Shown: one piece after another, positions 1 through 8,293 of the stretch
How the letters are laid out: every line of letters begins with the position of its first letter
Numbering within the stretch: the stretch's first letter is position 1
NCBI GenBank assembly: GCA_964569185.1
Contig: CAZMTP010000002.1
Span: 1,227-65,226, forward strand
DNA: 64,000 bases
Direction: 5' to 3'
From: an uncultured bacterium
GTDB lineage: Bacteria; Chlamydiota; Chlamydiia; Chlamydiales; Rhabdochlamydiaceae
Program-made: the position numbers and the translations under genes
Notes under the pieces: model-generated
Databases searched by the model: none
What the model saw: the letters and a program-made list of their open reading frames with translations, nothing else
What the model was told of the DNA's origin: nothing

Positions 1-414
1 ACTCTAGAAGATCTTCAACCTTTTACTGACAAACTATTAAAAGACGCAGGGGACAAGAGAACGTTTGCTAAGGCTCTTACCCATCAAGATTCTTACCAGT
101 ACCGCACCTTTTATTATTGCACACGTATGTATCATATATGTAGAGGGGGCTTGATTTGGGACAAACCTTATAAATATGCGGAAGCGGACTTAAATTACCC
201 TCGGACTCTTTCTCAGGAGCATGTCCAACCTTTTTATGAAAAGGGAACTATCCAAAATTCTTGGAATAAACTCTATAACGATTATTGTGATCGCATAGCG
301 TCCTTTGTAGACAGAGAAGAATTGCGTCAAGCAGATAACCGCCACTTCACTTGGACAAAAAAAGATGTCGGAGTGACTACGTTCTGCAATACTCCTGATA
401 CATTACCGACCTAA
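1..414 (+). CDS. 3' end of a CDS entering from upstream of the window (hypothetical protein)
   Basis: Frame 1 is open from base 1 to the TAA at 412-414. The ORF track lists it only from an internal Met at 127. No recognisable domain. Confidence 0.45.
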   Translation, partial: TLEDLQPFTDKLLKDAGDKRTFAKALTHQDSYQYRTFYYCTRMYHICRGGLIWDKPYKYAEADLNYPRTLSQEHVQPFYEKGTIQNSWNKLYNDYCDRIASFVDREELRQADNRHFTWTKKDVGVTTFCNTPDTLPT

Positions 415-469
415 TTGCTAGAAGAAATTTAAGCTTTGTTTTATCCTATAGCCAACTATAGGTAAAGCG

Positions 470-3052
470 ATGAAGCATGCAATTAAATTTTTTCTTTTTC
501 TCTTCTGCTGTAATTTTCTTTTTGCTGCAGATGATCATCAAAAAACTTTAAAACAGAGACAGCCTCATTGGCGGCCCAGAATTTTAGAAGTGTATCAGCA
601 TGGGCAACCGCAGCGGCTGATGTTCTTTGAGCAATTAAATGACCAGCCAGAAGTTCCTCTTAAACAGATCCAATATTATGAAGATGGCAAAATCTATAAT
701 GAAACAGATCTGATCCTCGTCGATGAATCCTCTGAAGGATTTAAGGTTTGGAATTCAACTACCGTTCCTCATGGACCAAGCATCACCTTTTTCCCTAGTG
801 GGCAGCCTGAGAAAGTTTCTTTTTACAATCGTGGACTATTGGAGGGAGAGGCCAAAGTTTTTTATGAGGGCGGGAAACTTAAAAATAGCGTGCATTTTGA
901 GCAAGGACAGCGTCATGGGCCCTATATTGCCTATTTTCCGGAAGGCACTAAGGCAGAAGAGGCCACTTTTGACAAAGGTAAAATCATTAGAGAGCTGATC
1001 CGCTACTATCCCGATGAAAAACATTCCAGTTTGATCCCCTATGAAAATGGAGTGCCTCATGGCAAAGCGTTTGAGTGGTATGAAAGTGGAGCTTTGAAAA
1101 GTTCCCGCAATTTTTTCCAAGGACTGCTCCACTCAGATGGAAAAAATCCTGCAGTTGTTTTTTATGATGAGCAGCGCAATCTCATAGAAACCCAAGATTT
1201 TCATCAGGGACAGCCGATCAATACTCATTACAAATACTTTCCTGACGGCAAAACAAGCTATTCGATCAGTTATAAAGACGGCAAGAAAGAGGGAATGGAG
1301 CAATTTTTCTCAAAACAGGGCAAGGTCATTGGCGAAGGGAAATATAAAAATGGGCTCAAAGTGGGCAAGCACTGGAGAAATCATGAGAATGGAAAATTGG
1401 CGTTTGCCGCTGAATATGATGATCAAGGCAATCCTTTAAAGCCGACCGAAGAATATAGTGACGAGGGCCAAAAACTGGTCGAGTACACCATCATCAATGA
1501 TGCCAAAGACGGGGCTTATAAAGAGTGGTATCCTAGTGGACAACTCAAAATTGATTTCCATTACAAAAAGGGCGCTTTCGAAGGAGCACAAAGAGAATAT
1601 TTTCCTTCAGGCACTCTAAAAATGCAGACTGCTTATAGCGATGAAGAGAAAGATGGCCTGTATGAAGAATGGTATGAAAATGGAAAACCGGCCATGCATG
1701 TTGGGTTCAAAAAAGGAAAAAAAGAGGGCCCTGCGCTGAACTATTATGAAAATGGAGTGCTTCGCGTCAAAGAATCCTATGCTAATGACCTGATTCATGA
1801 TGATAAGGAAGATCGCTTTGAAAATGGTCTGGTGAAATTTAAAGGAAAATTCAAAGAGGGCAAAAAAGAAGACTGGCATCGCGAATATAATGATAAGGGA
1901 CAGCTGCTCACCGAAGTTTTCTATGTAGAAGATTTGCCAGAGGGATTAGCGCGCCTTTTCCATGATAATGGCCAAGTCAAGGAGACGATCCAATTTTCCA
2001 AAGGAAAAAGAGAAGGAAAGAGTGAAGAATTTTATCCCAGTGGAAAATCGCGGCTAACCGCTTTTTATAAAGATGACAAAGTGGAAGGCAAAGTGCAAGC
2101 TTGGTATGAAGATGGCACAGTCAGTTTTGTAAAAAATTATAAAGAGGGCCGTCCTTGCGGCGAGCACAAAGAGTATTATCCGATCAATCCAGGGACTACA
2201 CAACAAATTGCACGTGCTTTTATTTTCAACGAGCAAGGAGTATTAGAGGGAGAACAAAAAACCTATTTCCCTTCTGGCCAGCTCCAAACATTGATCCAAT
2301 ATAAAAATGGAATACTTCACGGCAAGAAAATGTTATTAGATGAAAAGGGCGATCCTTTGGAAGACGGTTTTTATAATAATGGGAAATTGAATGGTCGCTT
2401 TTTTGAAAAGACCAAGGATGGAAAAGAGATTGTCTTCCATTACAAAGATGATCTGCGCGAGGGGTTGCATGAGATGTACTATGCCCCGCACCAGTTTTTT
2501 GGCAAAGTAAAGGCTGTCGAAGTGCCATTTAAAAATAATGAAGCGGAAGGCGAAGCGACAGAATACAATGAAGCGGGCGCCAAAGTGAGTAGCACTTTCT
2601 TCCATAAAGGAAAAAAAGAGGGCACCTCCAAACTTTATAATGCTAATGGCACTCTTTTTATGACGCTGGAGTTTAAAAGCGATCAAAGAGAAGGTCCTGC
2701 AGTCCAATATTTCCCTAATGGCAAAGTGTTCAAAGAGGTCAACTTTATCAACGATCAAAAAGAGGGAGAAGAAAAGACCTACTTTGATAATGGAAAGTTG
2801 GCAGCAAAAAGTTTCTACAAAAATGGAAAGCAGCATGGGCTATATCAAGAGTGGAATGCACAAGGGATATTAGTCTTTGAAGGCGAATATAAAGAGGGGT
2901 TGCGCCACGGCAAATTTAATAAATACTACGATGATGGGCGGCCCAAACTTTTGCAGGCTTATTTTGACGATCAGCTTCATGGCACCAAGAAGTCCTACGA
3001 TGCCAAAGGCACTCTCACCGAAACCCACTACAACATGGGCAAGAAAGTTTAG
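470..3052 (+). CDS. Secreted MORN-repeat (YwqK-type) protein, 860 aa
   Basis: N-terminal signal peptide (FLFLFCCNFLFAADD). The rest is almost entirely ~23-aa repeats of the form G-x-x-x-G-x-x-x-x-(Y/F)-(Y/F)-x-x-G-(K/Q). Confidence 0.85.
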   Translation: MKHAIKFFLFLFCCNFLFAADDHQKTLKQRQPHWRPRILEVYQHGQPQRLMFFEQLNDQPEVPLKQIQYYEDGKIYNETDLILVDESSEGFKVWNSTTVPHGPSITFFPSGQPEKVSFYNRGLLEGEAKVFYEGGKLKNSVHFEQGQRHGPYIAYFPEGTKAEEATFDKGKIIRELIRYYPDEKHSSLIPYENGVPHGKAFEWYESGALKSSRNFFQGLLHSDGKNPAVVFYDEQRNLIETQDFHQGQPINTHYKYFPDGKTSYSISYKDGKKEGMEQFFSKQGKVIGEGKYKNGLKVGKHWRNHENGKLAFAAEYDDQGNPLKPTEEYSDEGQKLVEYTIINDAKDGAYKEWYPSGQLKIDFHYKKGAFEGAQREYFPSGTLKMQTAYSDEEKDGLYEEWYENGKPAMHVGFKKGKKEGPALNYYENGVLRVKESYANDLIHDDKEDRFENGLVKFKGKFKEGKKEDWHREYNDKGQLLTEVFYVEDLPEGLARLFHDNGQVKETIQFSKGKREGKSEEFYPSGKSRLTAFYKDDKVEGKVQAWYEDGTVSFVKNYKEGRPCGEHKEYYPINPGTTQQIARAFIFNEQGVLEGEQKTYFPSGQLQTLIQYKNGILHGKKMLLDEKGDPLEDGFYNNGKLNGRFFEKTKDGKEIVFHYKDDLREGLHEMYYAPHQFFGKVKAVEVPFKNNEAEGEATEYNEAGAKVSSTFFHKGKKEGTSKLYNANGTLFMTLEFKSDQREGPAVQYFPNGKVFKEVNFINDQKEGEEKTYFDNGKLAAKSFYKNGKQHGLYQEWNAQGILVFEGEYKEGLRHGKFNKYYDDGRPKLLQAYFDDQLHGTKKSYDAKGTLTETHYNMGKKV

Positions 3053-3079
3053 GGAAAGATTTAAGGGAAGAAGATTAAG

Positions 3080-3582
3080 AAAAAGGCGGAATAGACAGTC
3101 GGGGCACGTGACGTGCCCCCGCTGCCCTAAGGGAGATTCTTGCTGCGCCAAATTGTTCCTCCGTCATGGGTCCGTACATAGAGGTACTTGCAAAAGTCCA
3201 GTTTGGGCTAAAACGCGCCCTTTTTCCACAGATTTTGATTCTACGCAAATCGCCTACACTCTCTGGTGTATGTCAATTTGCGTAGAATCAAAATCTGGGA
3301 AAAAACCATCGCGTTTTATCTCCAAAGCGACTTTTGCAAGTACCTCATAGTACTGTCCCCATTCCTTCGGCTCAATTTTGCTTTGCCATAATCGCCATTG
3401 GCTGCTCATGCGCTCACTTCCCACTCCTTCTAGTCGTGGGTCCCTTTTCGCGTCAATTCGCAGAACCAACTGGAAATCCAAAGCTAGGATTTTAACGTGC
3501 CCGTGAGCTTGCCCGTGCCCGAAAAATGGGCAGCGGGGGCAACGCAGTATGCCCCGACTGTCTTGTCTATTCTGCCTTTTTT
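3080..3582. repeat. Composite inverted-repeat element: ~48-nt imperfect arms flanking ~400 bp
   Basis: Left arm 3080-3127 (AAAAAGGCGGAATAGACAGTCGGGGCAC...) is the reverse complement of right arm 3528-3582 (...TGCCCCGACTGTCttgTCTATTCTGCCTTTTTT). The same arms occur directly juxtaposed at 46025-46087. Confidence 0.7.
3174..3353. repeat. ~180-nt imperfect palindrome nested inside the 3080-3582 element
   Basis: Perfect 22-bp stem 3229-3250/3276-3297 (CAGATTTTGATTCTACGCAAAT). Perfect 18-bp stem 3181-3198/3329-3346 (GAGGTACTTGCAAAAGTC). Shorter paired blocks lie between them. Confidence 0.8.
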
Positions 3583-3653
3583 CTTTTATTTCCCTGTATT
3601 AAACCTGGGTTTTTTTTGGTGAAATAATTTTGTGGACATGGCTTAATGAGTGC

Positions 3654-4376
3654 ATGCACAGAAAAAGAATTTTACTCATCGAAGATGAGGAGGATATCGC
3701 TTCTCTCATCAAACTTCAGGCCGAGGCACTTGGCTATAAGCTGCATGTTGAAGTAGATGGGGTGAACGGGTTCCACGCTGTCGAGCGGGAGAAGCCTGAT
3801 CTTGTGATCCTAGATCTGATGCTTCCAGGACAAAATGGACTGGATGTATGCAGAAAAATCAAAAGCCATCCCGACCTGCGTAATATTCCTGTAGTTATTC
3901 TTACTGCAAAATCTGAAGAGATCGATATTGTCCTCGGACTGGAGCTCGGCGCCGATGATTATGTTGCTAAACCCTTTTCGCCTAAAGTGCTCTTCTCTCG
4001 TATCAAAGCGGTCTTGCGTCGCACAAAAGAGCCCGATAAAGCACCCAAACCATTGAAATTTGGCGAGTTCACTTTGGATGTGGACCGCTATCTATTAAAG
4101 AAAGGCGATTATATTGTTCCGATTACGCTTTCAGAGTTTGGAATTTTGCGACGGCTTATTGCTAATCGCGGCAAAGTCTTAACGCGCAACCAGCTTCTCG
4201 ACGATATCCAAAATGAAGATGCCTTTATCGTAGATAGAAATATCGATGTTCATATTGCATCACTAAGAAAAAAATTAGGACCCAGTTTCATCTGGATTGA
4301 GACAGTACGAGGAATCGGTTATAGATTTAAAGATGAGATGCCTTCCTCAAAAAAGAGTAAAGAAAAACTTACATGA
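3654..4376 (+). CDS. OmpR/PhoB-family response regulator (receiver + winged-helix)
   Basis: Receiver motifs ILLIEDEE, DLVILDLMLPG and ILTAK. C-terminal winged helix ...TVRGIGYRF. ATG at 3654 preferred over the TTG at 3630. Confidence 0.9.
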   Translation: MHRKRILLIEDEEDIASLIKLQAEALGYKLHVEVDGVNGFHAVEREKPDLVILDLMLPGQNGLDVCRKIKSHPDLRNIPVVILTAKSEEIDIVLGLELGADDYVAKPFSPKVLFSRIKAVLRRTKEPDKAPKPLKFGEFTLDVDRYLLKKGDYIVPITLSEFGILRRLIANRGKVLTRNQLLDDIQNEDAFIVDRNIDVHIASLRKKLGPSFIWIETVRGIGYRFKDEMPSSKKSKEKLT

Positions 4377-5434
4377 CAATTAACTCCGATACACTTCAAT
4401 CTGCCGGGCAGGCTTACATTGACCCCAATATGGCCCACTTTGAAAAGCAGATCGATCAAGCCTGTCAAAAGAGTGTCGACCAGTTTAAAAAAATCCGCCG
4501 CTTCTATTTTAAATTTCATAGTGCTTTTTTTTTAGGTACGTTGCTAGAGCTCTTTGCCTTTGGCTTTGTGTTCCACTATTTTCCAAAATCTTCCATATCA
4601 GCGCTCTTTATTTCTTTGATCTCCCTTACGATTTTTAGCCATTTTATTTTACTCTCCTATTTCCAGGTCAAAAAGCCGCAGCAATTTTCTCAACTAAAAG
4701 AAGACTTTTTGCAGCGTTGCAAAAAGATGATTTCATTTGATTTGGGAACTAGCGAATACCATTTTTCATTTTCCTTTGCCCTCCACCGCATAGTGTGCAA
4801 ATTGGGAATTTCTGAAGCCTTAGAACAGAAATGGATGAAAAAATCTGAGATTCTTTCGCAACTGATTTTTAAGTGGAGGATCTGGACTGAGTGGAAAGAT
4901 CTTTTAAAAATCAAAGAGCTTTTCCTTTCGTCTGCTATTGAAGAACATTTTGCCCTTATCAAATTAGAGCCCACAGATTTAGAGGCGCATGCATCGCTAG
5001 CCAATATTTATCGCATTTTTTCCAAATTTTATGTGGACCCGCAGAAATTGGCCATGAATGAGCTTGTGACCTGGATGCCGCGCCGTTTTTATTCTGAGGA
5101 GATGGAATTAAAATCCAAAGGTTTATTGGAAAGGGCGCTTCAAGAGCTATTAATTCTCAATGAATATGCTTCTAATGATCCGTGGGTGCATGCGCAGCTT
5201 GCCACTGTGTACCAAGAATTGAAACTGCCAGACAAAGAAATCTATGAATATGAGAAGATATTGGAGATTTCTCCTGAAGAAAAAGAGGTGGTTTTTAGAC
5301 TTGGGGTGTGCTATTTCCAGCAAGGAGAAAACGCCAAGGGGCTTCGCATGTATGAACGTTTAAAGAAAGTTGCCCCTTCCAGGGCCCCTGATCTTATCGC
5401 CTACTACGACGCCTACAATCATCAAAAAGATTAA
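4373..5434 (+). CDS. Membrane protein with bilobed hydrophobic hairpin and C-terminal TPR repeats
   Basis: ATGA overlap with the response regulator stop. Two ~21-aa hydrophobic lobes (aa 50-70 and 75-97) separated by PKSS. TPR-like C-terminus (AQLATVYQELKLPDKEIYEYEKILEISPEE...). Confidence 0.7.
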   Translation: MTINSDTLQSAGQAYIDPNMAHFEKQIDQACQKSVDQFKKIRRFYFKFHSAFFLGTLLELFAFGFVFHYFPKSSISALFISLISLTIFSHFILLSYFQVKKPQQFSQLKEDFLQRCKKMISFDLGTSEYHFSFSFALHRIVCKLGISEALEQKWMKKSEILSQLIFKWRIWTEWKDLLKIKELFLSSAIEEHFALIKLEPTDLEAHASLANIYRIFSKFYVDPQKLAMNELVTWMPRRFYSEEMELKSKGLLERALQELLILNEYASNDPWVHAQLATVYQELKLPDKEIYEYEKILEISPEEKEVVFRLGVCYFQQGENAKGLRMYERLKKVAPSRAPDLIAYYDAYNHQKD

Positions 5435-5521
5435 ACAAAAGATTTAAATTATTAAAAAAATTCCTAAGTCGCGCTAAAATGTTTTCCTTGTATAATGCAA
5501 ATATTTGTTTCATTGGAGGAG

Positions 5522-8293
5522 ATGATGCGCAAAAACTTGCTTCTGAAATTCACAACACTAAGTTTACTGCTAACAAGCTTTTCCTTAACCGCAGCTCCTG
5601 AGGCAACCCCTCAAGAAGCTCTGATGTTGCGGCGCATCTCTGAGTTCTGGAAAGATGGCGATTTTGCTACTGTCAAAAAACAGATCTTAGACTATTTATC
5701 AAGACACCCAGAAACACAGCTCAAAGATCATCTCAATGCCATGCTGGGAGACATCTATTTTCAAGAAAAAAACTTCGCGCAAGCCTTGTCGGTCTATGAA
5801 CGGATCCAAAATCATGAGGTGCGCGCCAAAATCTTTTTCAATTTGCTCCAGGCAAAATTTGAAAATAAAGATTACGAAGGAGTGGTGCAGCTAGCCCACG
5901 AATATTTAAAAGACCATCAATTGGGAAATGGCGATGTCGATGTGAAATTGCGCCGCATTTTAGCCGAATCTCTCTTTCGTGAAGCCTTCGAAGCAAAAGA
6001 TCCTGAAAAAAAGGCCCACTATCTGAAATTAGCACGACCCCATTACAAAATTTTGTCTCAAACAAAATATGGAGATAAAGCGCTCTTTCCTTTAGCAGAG
6101 ATCCACCGGCTGCTTAAAGAAAACGAACGGGCCGCAGATCTTTATCTTTTGCTGGCAAAAAAATTTCCTGAACATAAAGAAAGATTTTTGTTCCAAGCGG
6201 CTGTATTGCAGATTGATTTTAATCAACAAGAAGCTCTCGACAACTTTGGAAAAATCTATGGTTTAAATGGCAAAAGAGCCCAGTTAGCTGCTTTCAATAA
6301 GTTAGTGCTCCTCTTCAATAATGGAAAATATCAGGACTATGTCGGATTCTATACTGAGGTAAGCAAAACGATCCCAAAAGAAAAAGCTCCATTGCTCGAA
6401 TTCTATCTCGGTAGAAGCTATTATGAGCTAAAAAATTTCAAAGATGCAGCGGGTACTTTTGAAAGTTTCGTCAGCAATCCACTCAATCGCTCGAAAGAAT
6501 ACCGCATTGCACTTCTCCTTTTAATTAACTGCGCAAAATATGAGAAAGATGTCTCGCTATTCGAACGTAGTCTGGTTCAGTTCAAAAAGAACTTTTATCA
6601 AGATAAAGAACTGCCAAAAGCCATTCTTATGTTTGCGCAGCTTTGTCGCGAAAAAGGCGATTTTCGCCAATCTGCCGATGATCTCAAGATGATCCTTAAA
6701 GAGTTTCCTGAGTACAGTGAACGAGAAGTGGTGCTTTTTGATTACGCACTTTCGCTCGCTAAAGTGCAAAATTGGGAAGAAAGCCGCGAATCCTTTGTTG
6801 CATTCCTGCAAGAGTTTCCTAATTCGCTAAAAACAAAATCGGCCACACGGCATCTGATCAATTGTTATATCGAAATTCTTAAAGATCCTACCCGAGTAGA
6901 TTATCAGGCCATCAAAGAAAATTTTCTTAAACTTTTGGTCGATTCTTACAATAGAGAAGGTTTTTTGAATGCTGAGGAGAAACAGAAATATCTCTTAGTC
7001 ATGGTGAAATGTCTTTACGAGTTCGGACAATACCAGGATGCCCTTGTCTTTCTCGAACCCTATATCATCCAGCAGCCAGCAGATACCTTGACCGGCGAAG
7101 AACATCTTTTGATGGCTCTCTGCTTTCAAAAATTGCAGCATCCTGACCAGTTTATTGCGTATGCCGAAAAAGCACTCGCGATCAATCCTGAACTGTCTGA
7201 TAAAGATATCCTCCACTTAGAACTGTACAATGCCTACTTAAATCTCTCCTTGTCAGAAAATGATGAACTAAGAAAAAGGCAGATATTAGATAGTGCTGCA
7301 GACCATCTGTATCTATCGCATGTTTGGGAAGAGAAGGGCATCAAACTCGACAATCATTTGTGGTTGGCCAACTACTATTATTACAAAGTGAAAACAGAAG
7401 CAGATTCTCAGCCTTTATATGATAAGTCGGTTGTGCTTTATAAAAGTTTGTTAGGAGTCGCCAGTGGAGATGCAAAAGTTGACATCTCTTCAGATTCTCT
7501 TTTTTTAGAACATGAAGTATTGAAGTTTGCGGATTTGATCGGGATGAAAGGGGACCTGCAAAAACAGATTGCTATATTAGAAGTTCTTTGCCGAAAACAG
7601 GAAGAGCATCTGGATCTTCCGTGGAAATTGCAACGCAGAACAAAACTTGAACTAGCTCAAGCCTATGAAAGAAACCTCCAAACATCCGCAGCAAAAAATA
7701 TCTATAGAGAACTGATTGAATCCTCTGGAGATCTGCCTTCTATTGTCACCAACACAGCACAGTTACATTTAGCGCGTGTTGAGTATGTTCAATTAGATGC
7801 AGGAAGTAAAAACTTAACTAATCAGGAATTAATTGCGATTTTGCAAAGTTTGAAAGATCTACAAATCCAAAAGAAGATTATGGGTGAACCTGTCCATTTA
7901 GAAGCGGCACTGCAATATGCAGAAATACGTACAGAACTTGAAGAAAATGCTTCAAAAGCTAAAAGTAAGCTTTTCTTCCTAAAAAGAATTAAAGACAATT
8001 TTAATACAAATGAAGATACGATCACACAAGAGTATCATGAATTGATGAATCGTTATCCTGAGAAGGAAAAGATTTATCAAAGTTATATGAAATATATTCA
8101 AGCTGAAATTTTGAGATGTGAGGCGGAGTTAGCAAGAGAGAATAAACAAAATCAACAGGCGAATAATATGGAAAATGAAGCATTACGCTTGCTTGATGAG
8201 CTTTTAAAATCTCAAGAAGGATTAAAACCTTATCTTTTAGATCGTGTAAAAAAATGTAATTATGAAATAAGTAAAACAGCCGTGAGGTCATGA
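5522..8293 (+). CDS. Large secreted TPR-repeat protein
   Basis: GGAGG SD before the ATG at 5522. Signal peptide MMRKNLLLKFTTLSLLLTSFSLTAAP. Helical TPR-like repeats throughout. Confidence 0.75.
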   Translation: MMRKNLLLKFTTLSLLLTSFSLTAAPEATPQEALMLRRISEFWKDGDFATVKKQILDYLSRHPETQLKDHLNAMLGDIYFQEKNFAQALSVYERIQNHEVRAKIFFNLLQAKFENKDYEGVVQLAHEYLKDHQLGNGDVDVKLRRILAESLFREAFEAKDPEKKAHYLKLARPHYKILSQTKYGDKALFPLAEIHRLLKENERAADLYLLLAKKFPEHKERFLFQAAVLQIDFNQQEALDNFGKIYGLNGKRAQLAAFNKLVLLFNNGKYQDYVGFYTEVSKTIPKEKAPLLEFYLGRSYYELKNFKDAAGTFESFVSNPLNRSKEYRIALLLLINCAKYEKDVSLFERSLVQFKKNFYQDKELPKAILMFAQLCREKGDFRQSADDLKMILKEFPEYSEREVVLFDYALSLAKVQNWEESRESFVAFLQEFPNSLKTKSATRHLINCYIEILKDPTRVDYQAIKENFLKLLVDSYNREGFLNAEEKQKYLLVMVKCLYEFGQYQDALVFLEPYIIQQPADTLTGEEHLLMALCFQKLQHPDQFIAYAEKALAINPELSDKDILHLELYNAYLNLSLSENDELRKRQILDSAADHLYLSHVWEEKGIKLDNHLWLANYYYYKVKTEADSQPLYDKSVVLYKSLLGVASGDAKVDISSDSLFLEHEVLKFADLIGMKGDLQKQIAILEVLCRKQEEHLDLPWKLQRRTKLELAQAYERNLQTSAAKNIYRELIESSGDLPSIVTNTAQLHLARVEYVQLDAGSKNLTNQELIAILQSLKDLQIQKKIMGEPVHLEAALQYAEIRTELEENASKAKSKLFFLKRIKDNFNTNEDTITQEYHELMNRYPEKEKIYQSYMKYIQAEILRCEAELARENKQNQQANNMENEALRLLDELLKSQEGLKPYLLDRVKKCNYEISKTAVRS

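Noticed and set aside
2877-3350. 157-aa plus-strand ORF running from the end of the MORN gene into the intergenic palindrome
   Set aside because: It is out of frame within the 3' end of a well-supported gene and then reads through inverted repeats. The sequence is low-complexity and Arg/Cys-rich with no SD. It is an artefact of the repeat structure.
3254-3481. 75-aa minus-strand ORF (TTG start; internal ATG at 3409 with a GGAG upstream) inside the nested repeat element
   Set aside because: It has no recognisable domain and its C-terminal third is translated hairpin sequence. It could be a relic of whatever the element once encoded, but that cannot be supported from the sequence alone.
3053-3653. 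Looked for a known structured RNA (tmRNA, SRP/4.5S RNA, RNase P RNA, riboswitch) in the 600-nt spacer
   Set aside because: I could not find the SRP GGAA/AGCA domain IV motif, a tRNA-like GGTTCGAATCC end with a tag ORF, or RNase P conserved regions. The dominant signal is DNA-level inverted repeats.
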